Below, piece after piece: positions 1 to 10,811 of a DNA stretch of 16,803 nt. The first letter of the stretch is position 1. Each line of letters opens with the position of its first letter. The position numbers were made by a program, and so were the translations under genes. The notes under the pieces were generated by a model. It saw nothing but the letters and a program-made list of their open reading frames with translations, was not told where the DNA came from and did not search any database. The DNA comes from Tubiluchus corallicola (Eukaryota > Animalia > Priapulida), in the NCBI GenBank assembly GCA_030141605.1, contig JAQGDQ010002045.1:1-16803 (forward strand). Reading direction: 5' to 3'.

Positions 1-387
1 ACTGGGAGATTTCGGGATTTTTCGTAAGTGCATCGTGGCTTTCCGTCAGTGTGTGACGTTTTTACTAATTCAAACTTCTGCAGCATAACTAATGTTGACG
101 CAAAATTATTACAAAATCAGCCATCTAATGTTTTTGAAAAACTTAGTATACTTTTGATGAAAATTGACAGTGCGCTACTTTTCTTCAAGACGAATGACGT
201 CATTAGAAGAAGAATGGGCATTGAAAATGGAATCGTCCAAGCGTGAAGTGATCGTGACGTCAAAGTGATTTTACTCATTACACGAGGCGCTAATTGCAGT
301 TTTATTACTAAATCCTTCCGATATTTTACGCGAACATTGAAGTAACCCAACTTTCCAGAAGAGTTGACCTTCCCTTTAAATGCAAAC

Positions 388-435
388 ACGTCATCATTAT
401 AATTATATAGACGTCATCATTATAATTATATAGAC
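388..435. repeat. 23-bp direct tandem duplication
   Basis: acgtcatcattataattatatag occurs at 388 and again at 411. Confidence 0.85.
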
Positions 436-500
436 TCCATTTTATACAGGCTTTCCTGGCGTCTTTACAACCGTCATCAGAATATTAGCAGGCCTAAAAC

Positions 501-532
501 AGAGCTGCCACCTGGTGCTGCCATCTGTAGGA
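501..532 (-). promoter_or_regulatory. Tandem CTCF-like motifs
   Basis: Minus strand reads tcctacagatggcagcac overlapping caccaggtggcagctct, resembling the CTCF core CCAC(C/T)AG(A/G)(T/G)GGCAG. Motif resemblance only. Confidence 0.3.
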
Positions 533-800
533 TGCAGTACTAATTATTTAGACTCTCCGCTTTCCACTCAACTGCAGCTGTCAGATGGAGTTACTTTTCC
601 TTGTCTTGTAAGGAGACAGTTAAGTTTTAAATGCAAATGTCGTGTGTGAAATGCTTCTACAGGGTCCCAAAAATCTTCTTTGAAAGAAATAAGAGCAAAA
701 TGGACGAAAATGTTTTAATTTTTTAGAGTTTCTTTAATTTTATAATTTTCTGCAATACGAAGGACCGCAGACGAATTTCAGTTAAATGAGGTTTATATAG

Positions 801-873
801 TGTTGCTAGGGGGAGTGTTTTACAGTTGGTGTTGCTAGGGGGAGTGTTTTACAGTTGGCGTTGCTAGGGGGAC
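801..873. repeat. 29-bp tandem repeat, about 2.5 copies
   Basis: tgttgctagggggagtgttttacagttgg at 801 and 830, partial copy at 859. Confidence 0.85.
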
Positions 874-966
874 ATTTTGCTTTACCTGACTTACGTAACA
901 AAAGCAGCTCCCAAACACAGGCAGATTATGCATTGATATATACTGCACGAGATAATGTCAAGTGTG

Positions 967-1172
<206 letters not shown>

Positions 1173-1597
1173 GAAATTTTTATCAAACAGCATGTGAAAA
1201 AAACGTTCTAGCGGCGCCTGGTGGGACTCTCGAAAGGAGATAAACAGCTCTTTAGAAAGAGGAAGAACAGAGCTACACGATGATGTGAGCTATATTTTAG
1301 GACAGGTCCACCAAAAGGAGTGCCGGCGAGTTAATTAGATGTTCTATTTTTGGCAATTTTTGCTTGGAAAACTGCTGACGCAAAGCCATTGTTGTGACGT
1401 CACCATTATACTCTGCTTATAACCTTATAGCTTTAATTCAGTAAAAGCTGCTGTTACTGGCTTTGCGTTAGGTAAACAGAGAAACACTGGGTAGAATGTT
1501 CGCGCATTGTTGATGTTGATTTATACGCAAAATTTTTTGCTAGTAAATTATAATAACGTAATAAATATTGCTCAACATAAATTTTATAAATGAACAG

Positions 1598-1810
1598 GGA
1601 TCAGATATCAATGCAAGGGATAAACAGCGTCGAACTCCACTTCTTCTGGCAGCTTCCAGAGGAGCCTGGGATGTGGTCTTCTTCCTCATCAGTAAAGGAG
1701 CTAATCTCAAGGTCAAGGACAATGAGAATCGGAACCTCTTACACTTTGTAGTTCTAAATGGGGGTGACGTGTTACAACTAGGAGAGATCCTGAAACATGG
1801 CAGTAATCAG
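1598..1810 (+). CDS. TRPA1: TRPA1 exon A (ankyrin repeats; first exon visible in the window, gene starts upstream)
   Basis: Acceptor tgaacag|GGA, donor CAG|gttggt; 213 nt, phase 0/0. Encodes GSDINARDKQRRTPLLLAASRGAWDVVFFLISKGANLKVKDNENRNLLHFVVLNGG..., with ankyrin motifs (TPLLLAA, GANL..KD..N.LH). Confidence 0.9.
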
Positions 1811-1874
1811 GTTGGTGTTATATTTCTAAAATGTTGGGAAGTTTCCAGATTTATATTCCGAGTGTTTTGTTTCC

Positions 1875-4570
1875 GATTGTGCTGCATGTTTGTAGTTTGT
1901 GATGGTGCAGCATGTTTGTAGTTTTTGAGGGTGCAGCATGTTTGTAGTTAGTGATGTTGTAGCATGTTTGTAGTTAGTGATGGTGCAGCATGTTTGTAGT
2001 TTGTGATGGTGTAGCATGTTTGTAGTTTGTGATGGTGCAGCATGTTTGTAGTTTGTGATGGTGCAGCATGTTTGTAGTTTGTGATGGTGCAGCATGTTTG
2101 TAGTTTGTGATTGTGCAACATGTTTGTAGTTTGTGATGGTGTAGCATGTTTGTAGTTTGTGATGGTGCAGCATGTTTGTAGTTTGTGATGGTGCAGCATG
2201 TTTGTAGTTTGTGATGGTGCAGCATGTTTGTAGTTTGTGATGGTGCAGCATGTTTGTAGTTTGTGATTGTGCAGCATGTTTGTAGTTTGTGATGGTGCAG
2301 CATGTTTGTAGTTTGTGATTGTGCAGCATGTTTGTAGTTTGTGATGGTGCAGCATGTTTGTAGTTTGTGATGGTGCAGAATATTTGTAGTTTGTGATTGT
2401 GCAGCATGTTTGTAGTTTGTGATGGTGCAGCATGTTTGTAGTTTGTGATGGTGCAGCATGTTTGTAGTTTGTGATGGTGCAGCATGTTTGTAGTTTGTGA
2501 TGGTGCAGCATGTTTGTAGTTTGTGATTGTGCAGCATGTTTGTAGTTTGTGATGGTGCAGCATGTTTGTAGTTTGTGATTGTGCAGCATGTTTGTAGTTT
2601 GTGATGGTGCAGCATGTTTGTAGTTTGTGATGGTGCAGAATATTTGTAGTTTGTGATTGTGCAGCATGTTTGTAGTTTGTGATGGTGCAGCATGTTTGTA
2701 GTTTGTGATGGTGCAGCATGTTTGTAGTTTGTGATGGTGCAGCATGTTTGTTGTTTGTGATTGTGCAGAATATTTGTAGTTTGTGATGTTGTAGCATGTT
2801 TCTAGTTTGTGATTGTGCAGCATGTTTGTAGTTTGTGATTGTGCAACATGTTTGTAGTTTGTGATTGTGCAACATGTTTGTAGTTTGTGATGGTGCAGCA
2901 TGTTTGTAGTTTGTGATGTTGTAGCATGTTTGTAGTTTTTGATGGTGCAGCATGTTTGTTGTTTGTGATTGTGCAGAATATTTGTAGTTTGTGATGTTGT
3001 AGCATGTTTCTAGTTTGTGATGGTGCAGCACGTTTGTAGTTTGTGATTGTGCAACATGTTTGTAGTTTGTGATTGTGCAACATGTTTGTAGTTTTTGATG
3101 GTGCAGCATGTTTGTAGTTTGTGATGGTGCAGCATGTTTGTAGTTTGTGATGGTGCAGCATGTTTGTAGTTTGTGATGGTGCAGCATGTTTGTTGTTTGT
3201 GATTGTGCAGAATATTTGTAGTTTGTGATGTTGTAGCATGTTTCTAGTTTGTGATTGTGCAGCATGTTTGTAGTTTGTGATTGTGCAACATGTTTGTAGT
3301 TTGTGATTGTGCAACATGTTTGTAGTTTTTGATGGTGCAGCATGTTTGTAGTTCGTGATGTTGTAGCATGTTTGTAGTTTTTGATGGTGCAGCATGTTTA
3401 TAGTTTGTGATGGTGTAGCATGTTTGTAGTTTTTGACGGTGCAGCATGTTTGTAGTTTGTGATGTTGTAGCATGTTTGTAGTTTTTGATGGTGCAGAATA
3501 TTTGTAGTTTGTGATGGTGTAGCATTTTTGTAGTTTGTGATGGTGCAGAATATTTGTAGTTTGTGATGGTGTAGCATTTTTGTAGTTTTTGATGGTGCAG
3601 AATATTTGTAGTTTGTGATGGTGTAGCATGTTTGTAGTTTGTGATGGTGTAGAATATTTGTACTTTGTGATGTTGTAGCATGTTTGTAGTTTTTGATGGT
3701 GCGGAATATTTGTAGTTTGTGATGGTGTAGCATGTTTGTAGTTTTTGATGGTGCAGAATATTTGTAGTTTGTGATTGTGTAGCATCTTTCTAGTTTGTGA
3801 TTGTGCAGCATGTTTCTAGTTTGTGATTGTGCAGCATGTTTCTAGTTTGTGATTGTGCAGCATGTTTCTAGTTTGTGATTGTGCGGCATACTTCTAGTTT
3901 GTGATTGTGCAGCATGCTTCTAGTTTGGGATTGTGCAGCATGCTTATTGTTTGCAAATATGCAGCATGCTTCTAGTCTGTGATTGGGCGGCATGCTTCTA
4001 GTTTGGGATTATGCAGCATGCTTATTGTTTGCAAATATGCAGCATGCTTCTAGTTTGTGATTGTGCAGCATGCTTCTAGTTTGTGATTGTGCAGTATGCT
4101 TCTAGTTTGTGATTGTGCGGCATGCTTCTAGTTTGGGATTGTGCAGCATGCTTATTGTTTGCAAATATGCAGCATGCTTCTAGTTTGTGATTGGGCGGCA
4201 TGCTTCTAGTTTGTGATTGTGCAGCATGCTTCTAGTTTGGGATTGTGCAGCATGCTTATTGTTTGCAAATATGCAGCATGCTTCTAGTTTGTGATTGTGC
4301 AGCATGCTTCTAGTTTGTGATTGTGCAGCATGCTTCTAGTTTGTGATTGTGCGGCATGCTTCTAGTTTGGGATTGTGCAGCATGCTTATTGTTTGCAAAT
4401 ATGCAGCATGCTTCTAGTTTGTGATTGTGCAGCATGCTTCTAGTTTGTGATTGTGCAGCATGCTTCTAGTTTGTGATTGTGCAGCATGCTTCTAGTTTGT
4501 GATTATGCAGCATGTTTGTTGTTTGTGATTGTGCAGCATGTTTGTTGTTTGTGATTGTACAACATGTTTG
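1875..4570. repeat. 26-bp minisatellite, about 104 copies, in intron A-B
   Basis: Consensus gcagcatgtttgtagtttgtgatggt; a variant gcagcatgcttctagtttgtgattgt dominates from about 3800; 26-bp phase is kept between diagnostic variants. Confidence 0.98.
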
Positions 4571-4961
4571 TGCAAGTTGGCATTTTATTTTAATATAACG
4601 CAAACTGGCACTTTTTCTATTTAACAATCGAAGATAAAATTATTAAATTTTTGATGCAAAATGTGATCAAAAAACAAAATCTGAAATGATTGGGATTTGA
4701 GCATGGGCCCCAGTTTCAAATCCACCCCCCCCCTTGATTTTTTCAGATGTCTTTTTTCCAAGTTTGTTTGAAAAATTTCAGAAAATTGATTTCCAAATAA
4801 TGCCTTTTCATTATAATATAACAAACATCAGCCTTGCCGTCTGTATGCTAGTCTGTTCTCCCACATGAACGGGTACTGAGCTAGGCTTTTGTTTGCTGGA
4901 GATTATAGATGGAGTATTGCCACTTGTCTTTGCCTAAACTAACCAGTAATTTACTTTTTAG

Positions 4962-5164
4962 TGTGTGAAACAGACGCTTGTTAATGGTGACGTAGTTGCC
5001 GTGTGCATTGATTTCTTAAACGATCGTGACTCTAGCGGATGCACCCCCTTACACTACGCCTCCAAAGTGGGACACCTACGCAGTTTAGAGAACCTCCTTG
5101 GTCTGGGTGCTCAGGTGAATTTGAAGAACAAAGATGAACAGTCGCCATTACATTTTGCTGCCAG
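4962..5164 (+). CDS. TRPA1: TRPA1 exon B (ankyrin repeats)
   Basis: Acceptor ttactttttag|TGT (in-frame alternative cag|ACG at 4974), donor AG|gtaaga; 203 nt, phase 0/2. GCTPLHYASKVG...KNKDEQSPLHFAAR matches recalled human TRPA1 GCTPLHYACRQG...KSKDKKSPLHFAAS. Confidence 0.9.
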
Positions 5165-5255
5165 GTAAGAGTGCTGCCATCTATAGGAAGTAATGTTAAT
5201 TATTTATTAATTGCTTCAACATTAATTATATACGTATAGTGTATATATAATTTTG

Positions 5256-5256
<1 letters not shown>

Positions 5257-5326
<70 letters not shown>
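5257..5326. repeat. (TA)n microsatellite
   Basis: Long TA run; a shorter one lies at about 5445-5466. Confidence 0.95.
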
Positions 5327-5438
5327 AACTACTACATGTAGTATACTAGTTTTTTATAGTATGCGTAACTCCCACTTTTGTGTACATATACCTGTTGTCT
5401 ACTAACATTATTGTACGTGTGCTATATCAATATTATCT

Positions 5439-5470
<32 letters not shown>

Positions 5471-6002
5471 CATTATCTATACACCTATGTATCTTACACT
5501 ATATACATACTTTATATATTATCTTTATTTCGTACAATTCGCTAAACAAATGTACACATTTTATTAGTTAGCAAAATTAGCAAGTATGTAAGAGACTAGC
5601 AAATAATTTAGTCTCTGTTCTTGTATGTCGTAATTGTAATGAGAGACTTCTAAATTAATTACTGTGTACATCTATGGGCTTTAAAAGTTCTCGTAAGTTC
5701 AGACATATGTCTCAGGAAAAAAATTTTATTCGGCCAAGCGCGGCGTTAAACTTGTCTACGTCAGATATCGTAATTATTACCTCAACTAATTTCTGCACGC
5801 ATGCAAGCATGTCATGTCAGTGTAGATTTTTATGAAAAATAATAATATATGAAATATTAGATAAATTTATTAAATTACAATAAAATATTTTACAATTTGG
5901 TGTTTTAAGAAGTTTTTATGTTCTACTATATTTCAAGTTTTCATAATCTATTACTGCTCGCTTCTTTTGTTACAATATTTGTAAGTCTCTATGTGTTACT
6001 AG

Positions 6003-6167
6003 GTATGGTCGTTACAATTCTTGTAAGCGCTTGCTAGATTCTGCACACGGCAACTACATCATTAACGAGACAGATGGTTACGGCAAAACTGCCCTGCACA
6101 TTGCTTCTGAGAACGGTCACGTAAAGGTCGTACAACTGCTGATGCAACGTGGTTCACTCCTGCATAA
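6003..6167 (+). CDS. TRPA1: TRPA1 exon C (ankyrin repeats); not in the ORF track
   Basis: Acceptor ttactag|G, donor AA|gtaagg; 165 nt, phase 2/2. Encodes (R)YGRYNSCKRLLDSAHGNYIINETDGYGKTALHIASENGHVKVVQLLMQRGSLLH(K), versus human YGRINTCQRLL...GMTPLHLAAKNGHDKVVQLLLKKG. Confidence 0.93.
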
Positions 6168-6189
6168 GTAAGGATTGTGTGCGTGTGTG

Positions 6190-6530
6190 TCTTCCTGTTC
6201 TTCCTTAAATCATTCTGTCTGTTTAGTTCTCTTCTTTCTGTCATGTTCTTCCTCGAATCATTTTTCTGTTTAGTTCTCTTCTTTCTGTCCTGTTCTTCGT
6301 TGAATCATTCTGTCTTTTTAGTTCTCTTCTTTCTGTCCTGTTCTTCGTTGAATCATTCTGTCTGTTTAGTTCTCTTCTTTTTGTCTTGTTCGTTAAATCA
6401 TTCTGTCTGTTTAGTTCTCTTCTTTTTGTCTTGTTCTTCCTCGAATCATTCTGTCTTCTTAGTTCTTTTCTTTCCAGGCTGTTCTCTCTGTTCAGTTCTC
6501 TTTGTTTCTGTCGTGTTCTTTCTGAATCAT
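6190..6530. repeat. Degenerate ~48-bp pyrimidine-rich tandem repeat, 6-7 copies
   Basis: The aatca anchor recurs at 6208, 6256, 6303, 6351, 6396 and 6444; unit approximately aatcattctgtctgtttagttctcttctttctgtcctgttcttcgttg. Confidence 0.88.
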
Positions 6531-7020
6531 TTTGTCACCTTCAAGTCTATTGAACGTATGCAAATCCGATGTGGTGCACCTTAGAGTAGGAAACGTTATC
6601 CAATGCTGCTCAACTGACCAATGTCCAGTAACTTTTGGTCTGTTTTACGTGGTAACTTTCCAGTGAAAAACTGCTGCACTTGTGCAAAAAAGGTATGTAA
6701 GCCTTGGTTGTCTCAAATAAATGTAGATGAATATCTTAAGCAGGTTTGTAATTACGTACATTTCTAACTTTATACGTCAACTTACGATGTTGGTTTAACA
6801 TTCATGGTAATATGTTGATTTAATTTTTAAAACAAGCAGAGTAAGTTGTATCCTACATCACTCCAGCATCATGCTTTACCAGAACCTTTACAATAATCGT
6901 CCAAGCGTGGCATCGGGTCTGCACAACTTATTTTTTATTTAGTTCTTTATTTCAACTCGTATACGTTGCAAGTTTTAGTCTTAAAAACAGAATAATATAA
7001 TTATGCGTCTGTTTCCGCAG

Positions 7021-7135
7021 GGATCACAAAGGTCGTTCACCTTTACACCTGGCTGCAATGAACGGTTTTACCTGGACTATGAAACAGCTGTTAGCAGTCC
7101 ATGGTCACTTATTAAATCAGGTGGACAGTGAGGGG
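7021..7135 (+). CDS. TRPA1: TRPA1 exon D (ankyrin repeat); not in the ORF track
   Basis: Acceptor tttccgcag|G, donor GGG|gtaagt; 115 nt, phase 2/0. Encodes DHKGRSPLHLAAMNGFTWTMKQLLAVHGHLLNQVDSEG, versus human DHNGWTALHHASMGGYTQTMKVIL...DEDG. Confidence 0.93.
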
Positions 7136-7450
7136 GTAAGTAAATGGTCACTTGGTTAGTCACTAATGCAATAGTCCAATTGTATTGTTATGTTTTATTA
7201 TCTTTTACACATATGTTCTGTGTATATTTTTGTATAGTGTTTGTATAATTATGTTCTGTTTGTGTGTTACTGTGTACATTTGTACTTTTTGTACATTGAC
7301 TGGAATGTATGTATTTCTTTTATTTGTAATAAATAAAATGATTTTATTCTAAAAATATAGTTTTGTTCATTCAGCATTACATCAAGTATTAACGCTTAGA
7401 TTCCATGTAATTCTTCCATCATATCAATTCCAAAAATACATTTATAGATT

Positions 7451-7942
7451 AACTGACTGACTGACTGACTGACTCACTCACTGATTGAATGACGTGTGAC
7501 TGGCTGATTGGCGGACTGACTGATTGATTGACGGGCAGATTGACTGACTGACTGATAGACTGACTAACCAACTACCTAACCCTTGACTGATTGACTTACT
7601 GTCTACTGACTGACAAACTAATTCATTGGCTGACTGACTAACAGACTACCTGACCACTGACTGACTGACTGACTAACTGACAAACTAATTCATTGGCTGA
7701 CTGACTGATTGATTGACGGACAGATGGACTGATAGACGGACTAACCGACTACCTGACCATTGACTAACTGACTGACTAACCAACTACCTGACCATTGACT
7801 GACAAACTAATTAATTGACTACTGACTGACTGACTGACTGAGTGGATAATCAATCGATCAACCAACCTATAAAAACAATTCTAAAACTGATGAACAAATG
7901 CAGCTGTACACTATTTGCACTGACTGACTAACTAACTGACTA
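7451..7942. repeat. Degenerate (GACT)n tetranucleotide repeat
   Basis: Runs of gactgact with gatt, aact and gacg variants throughout. Confidence 0.9.
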
Positions 7943-8010
7943 AAATCTATATGAAAATCACGTAACGTAAGTTAGATAATTATTGTTATTTATTTTTGTA
8001 TTTTCACCAG

Positions 8011-8177
8011 AACACAGCCCTCCATGTTGCAGCCCAGGATAATCATTGTGCAGCTGTCACGTTGCTCTTGGACAGAGATGCTTGTATACTAATCAATGAA
8101 GCTGGAAAATCACCTATTGATCTGGCTATTGATGGATTATTGGTCGATGCTGCAATGGCGTTTGTAAACAATGATCG
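8011..8177 (+). CDS. TRPA1: TRPA1 exon E (last ankyrin repeats)
   Basis: Acceptor ttttcaccag|AAC, donor CG|gtaaag; 167 nt, phase 0/2. Encodes NTALHVAAQDNHCAAVTLLLDRDACILINEAGKSPIDLAI..., versus human NTALHFAAREGHAKAVALLLSHNADIVLN. Confidence 0.93.
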
Positions 8178-8955
8178 GTAAAGTTTTGTAATTCTCTAAC
8201 AGCAAATAACTTTTGTGCATACTGGGATATAGTACTCAATGGCAAAGATTACAAAACATAATGGTTGTGGCAGTACCAGAATCTGCCAAATTATAGTATA
8301 TGCTTCTTTAAAATGTGACATTGGACCGCCATGCTTTGACATGTAATACATCGTCCCTCAGTGAGGCAAATAGTTGGATGCAGATGTAAGTGAAGAAAAA
8401 CAGTAATTCTCTACCACCACCCATCCATTCGCTTATCTAGTACCAGGTTGTTTAACTTCAGTTGATAGGCACATTGTGAGAAAACATTAGGAAAAATATT
8501 TTTATCGAAGACACTTTAACAGAACCACACTGATTAGCGAAAGAGATTTGATTGGTCGATCCATCAGTCAGTCAATATGAACACTGAACAATTGCATTTG
8601 TTGAGTCAGTGTTGTCAATTTGCATTGCGAGCAAGCAAATAGCTGACTGGACATGCTTTGTATTCCTCAAACAAAATTAGGCATTGCCAAACCTGACCAG
8701 TAAATGGAATGGTGATTGCTGGAAAGTAACTTGGTTCCTGTTGTAATACAATTTTTGGTGAACCAGTGACGTTTCCTGGTGAACACTGGGATAGTGAAAC
8801 AGTGAAGTTTACCAGTTAGCGGGAACATTTTAAAATATTAAAAATTTTCTTTTCCACTTACACACGTCTGTAAATTATATGGAAAGTTTTTTGGGATATA
8901 CCCTAATATTCCCGTTTCTTCCCCTTTAACTTTTCTTGGTCGTTTATTTTTGTAG

Positions 8956-9103
8956 TTATCATGAAGTGATGACGATGGTATCCGATGCTCACGGGATACC
9001 TACCGGAAGACTCGTTCAATACATGCCGGAAGTATTCATGGTCGTGCTGGATAGATCCCACACCACGCCGGACAATGTTGACGAAAAGTCAGCGAAATTT
9101 TGG
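8956..9103 (+). CDS. TRPA1: TRPA1 exon F (linker/coupling domain)
   Basis: Acceptor tttttgtag|T, donor TGG|gtaaaa; 148 nt, phase 2/0. IPTGRLVQYMPEVFMVVLDRS aligns without gaps to recalled human CPITEMIEYLPECMKVLLDFC. Confidence 0.9.
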
Positions 9104-9459
9104 GTAAAATATTTCACTTCCCTTTTACACGAACATTTTTTAAAACTCATTATCTGCCAGATGAATTAGTGAGCCAGATCTGCTTTGTGTCGAAGGTTTT
9201 GATTGGTTCTTTACTGCATTGACACTATTGCGGTTTTGGTTAAATGATATTCACTAGCCAATGCCCCGTAAAAGATTCTGCTCAAAAATACACTTGTAAT
9301 CCATGATGCACAAACATCCTACATAGTGTGCGTTTACTATCGTGCACTTTCAAATTAAGATTAAAGCAGAAGTCAACAGCTCTTGATTGAGCAAAGTTAT
9401 AGGCAAAGTACAATGAGGTGACGTCAGAACAATGCAAAGCATCAAGGTAGCTTCCGAGT

Positions 9460-10478
9460 GAGGTCGCCTAAAATGGAGCCTCCAGTCAACTCTTAGGCGT
9501 TCCTCCTACTGGACACGCCTCAAAAGTGGTCGCCTAAAATGGACCTCCAATCAACTCTTAGCTGTTCCTCCTAGTGTAGACGTCTCAAAAGTGGTCGCCT
9601 AAAATGGAACCTCCAATCAACTCTTAGCCGTTCTTCCTAGTGGAGATGCCTCAAAAGTGATTCACCCAAAATGGAACCTCCAATCAACTCTAGCTGTTCC
9701 TCCTAGTGGAGATGCCTCAAAAGTGATTCGCCGAAAATGGAACTTCCAATCAACTCTAGCTGTTCCTCCTAGTGGACACGCCTCAAAAGTGGTCACCTAA
9801 AATGGAACCTCCAATCAACTCTAGCTGTTCCTCCTAGTGGAGATGCCTCAAAAGTGATTCGCCGAAAATGGAACTTCCAATCAACTCTAGCTGTTCCTCC
9901 TAGTGGAGACGCCTCAAAAGTGATCGCCCAAAATGGAACCTCCAATCAACTGTTAGATGTTCCTCCTAGTAGAGACTCCTCAAAAGAGGTCACCCAAAAT
10001 GGAACCTCCAATCAACTCTTAGCCGTTCATTCTAGTGGAGATGCCTCAAAAGTGATCGCCCAAAATGGAACCTCCAATCAACTCTTAGCCGTTCATTCTA
10101 GTGGAGATGCCTCAAAAGTGGTCGCCCAAAATGGAACCTCCAATCAACTCTAGCTGTTCCTCCTAGTGGAGATGCCTCAAAAGTGATTCGCCCAAAATGG
10201 AACCTCCAATCAACTCTACCTGTTCCTCCTAGTGGAGATGCCTCAAAAGTGATTCGCCGAAAATGGAACTTCCAATCAACTCTAGCTGTTCCTCCTAGTG
10301 GAGACGCCTCAAAAGTGATCGCCCAAAATGGAACCTCCAATCAACTGTTAGATGTTCCTCCTAGTAGAGACTCCTCAAAAGAGGTCACCCAAAATGGAAC
10401 CTCCAATCAACTCTTAGCCGTTCATTCTAGTGGAGATGCCTCAAAAGTGATCGCCCAAAATGGAACCGCAAATCAACT
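9460..10478. repeat. ~66-bp minisatellite, about 16 copies, in intron F-G
   Basis: The aaaatgg anchor recurs every 65-67 bp from 9470 to 10457; unit approximately aaaatggaacctccaatcaactctagctgttcctcctagtggagatgcctcaaaagtgatcgccc. Confidence 0.96.
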
Positions 10479-10715
10479 TTGTGTTCAAGAAAATAACATG
10501 AATGGGCTATCCAACTATTTCCAGCACCCCCCCCCCTTCATTTGTGTACAAGGTTTTGACTGGTTCATGACTGCATTGACACTAAGACCCACGTGTGCTC
10601 AAAAAGGACCTGTACCCAACTACAGCTGACACAAGCTCTAAGATAAATGAAGGCATCTGATAATGACCTGTCAGACAAAGAAGCAAATTACAGGTGTTTT
10701 TGTTATGTTTTTCAG

Positions 10716-10811
10716 CACAAGTATGACTTCAGATATCTTCAGTGTCCTTTGACATGGATGAGATCAGCAAGGAAGAATAATGAAGATTACACTCCATTAT
10801 ATGCACCAAAT
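10716..10811 (+). CDS. TRPA1: TRPA1 exon G (linker, YLQCP motif)
   Basis: Acceptor gtttttcag|CAC, donor AAT|gtaaga; 96 nt, phase 0/0. Encodes HKYDFRYLQCPLTWMRSARKNNEDYTPLYAPN, versus human IEYNFKYLQCPL...YEPLTALN. Confidence 0.93.

Noticed and set aside
1826-3811. Long minus-strand ORFs (up to 505 aa) with MLHHHKLQTCCTITNYKHAAPSQTTN repeats
   Set aside because: Translation of the 26-bp satellite; open in all three frames because that strand mostly lacks stops, and it lies within a TRPA1 intron.
6177-6584. 135-aa hydrophobic ORF resembling a membrane protein
   Set aside because: Derived from the ~48-bp pyrimidine-rich repeat just after the exon C donor; no TRP transmembrane motifs.
9854-10629. 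ORFs with QNGTSNQL repeats
   Set aside because: Translation of the 66-bp array; 65- and 67-bp units break the frame, and exons F and G already join in phase.
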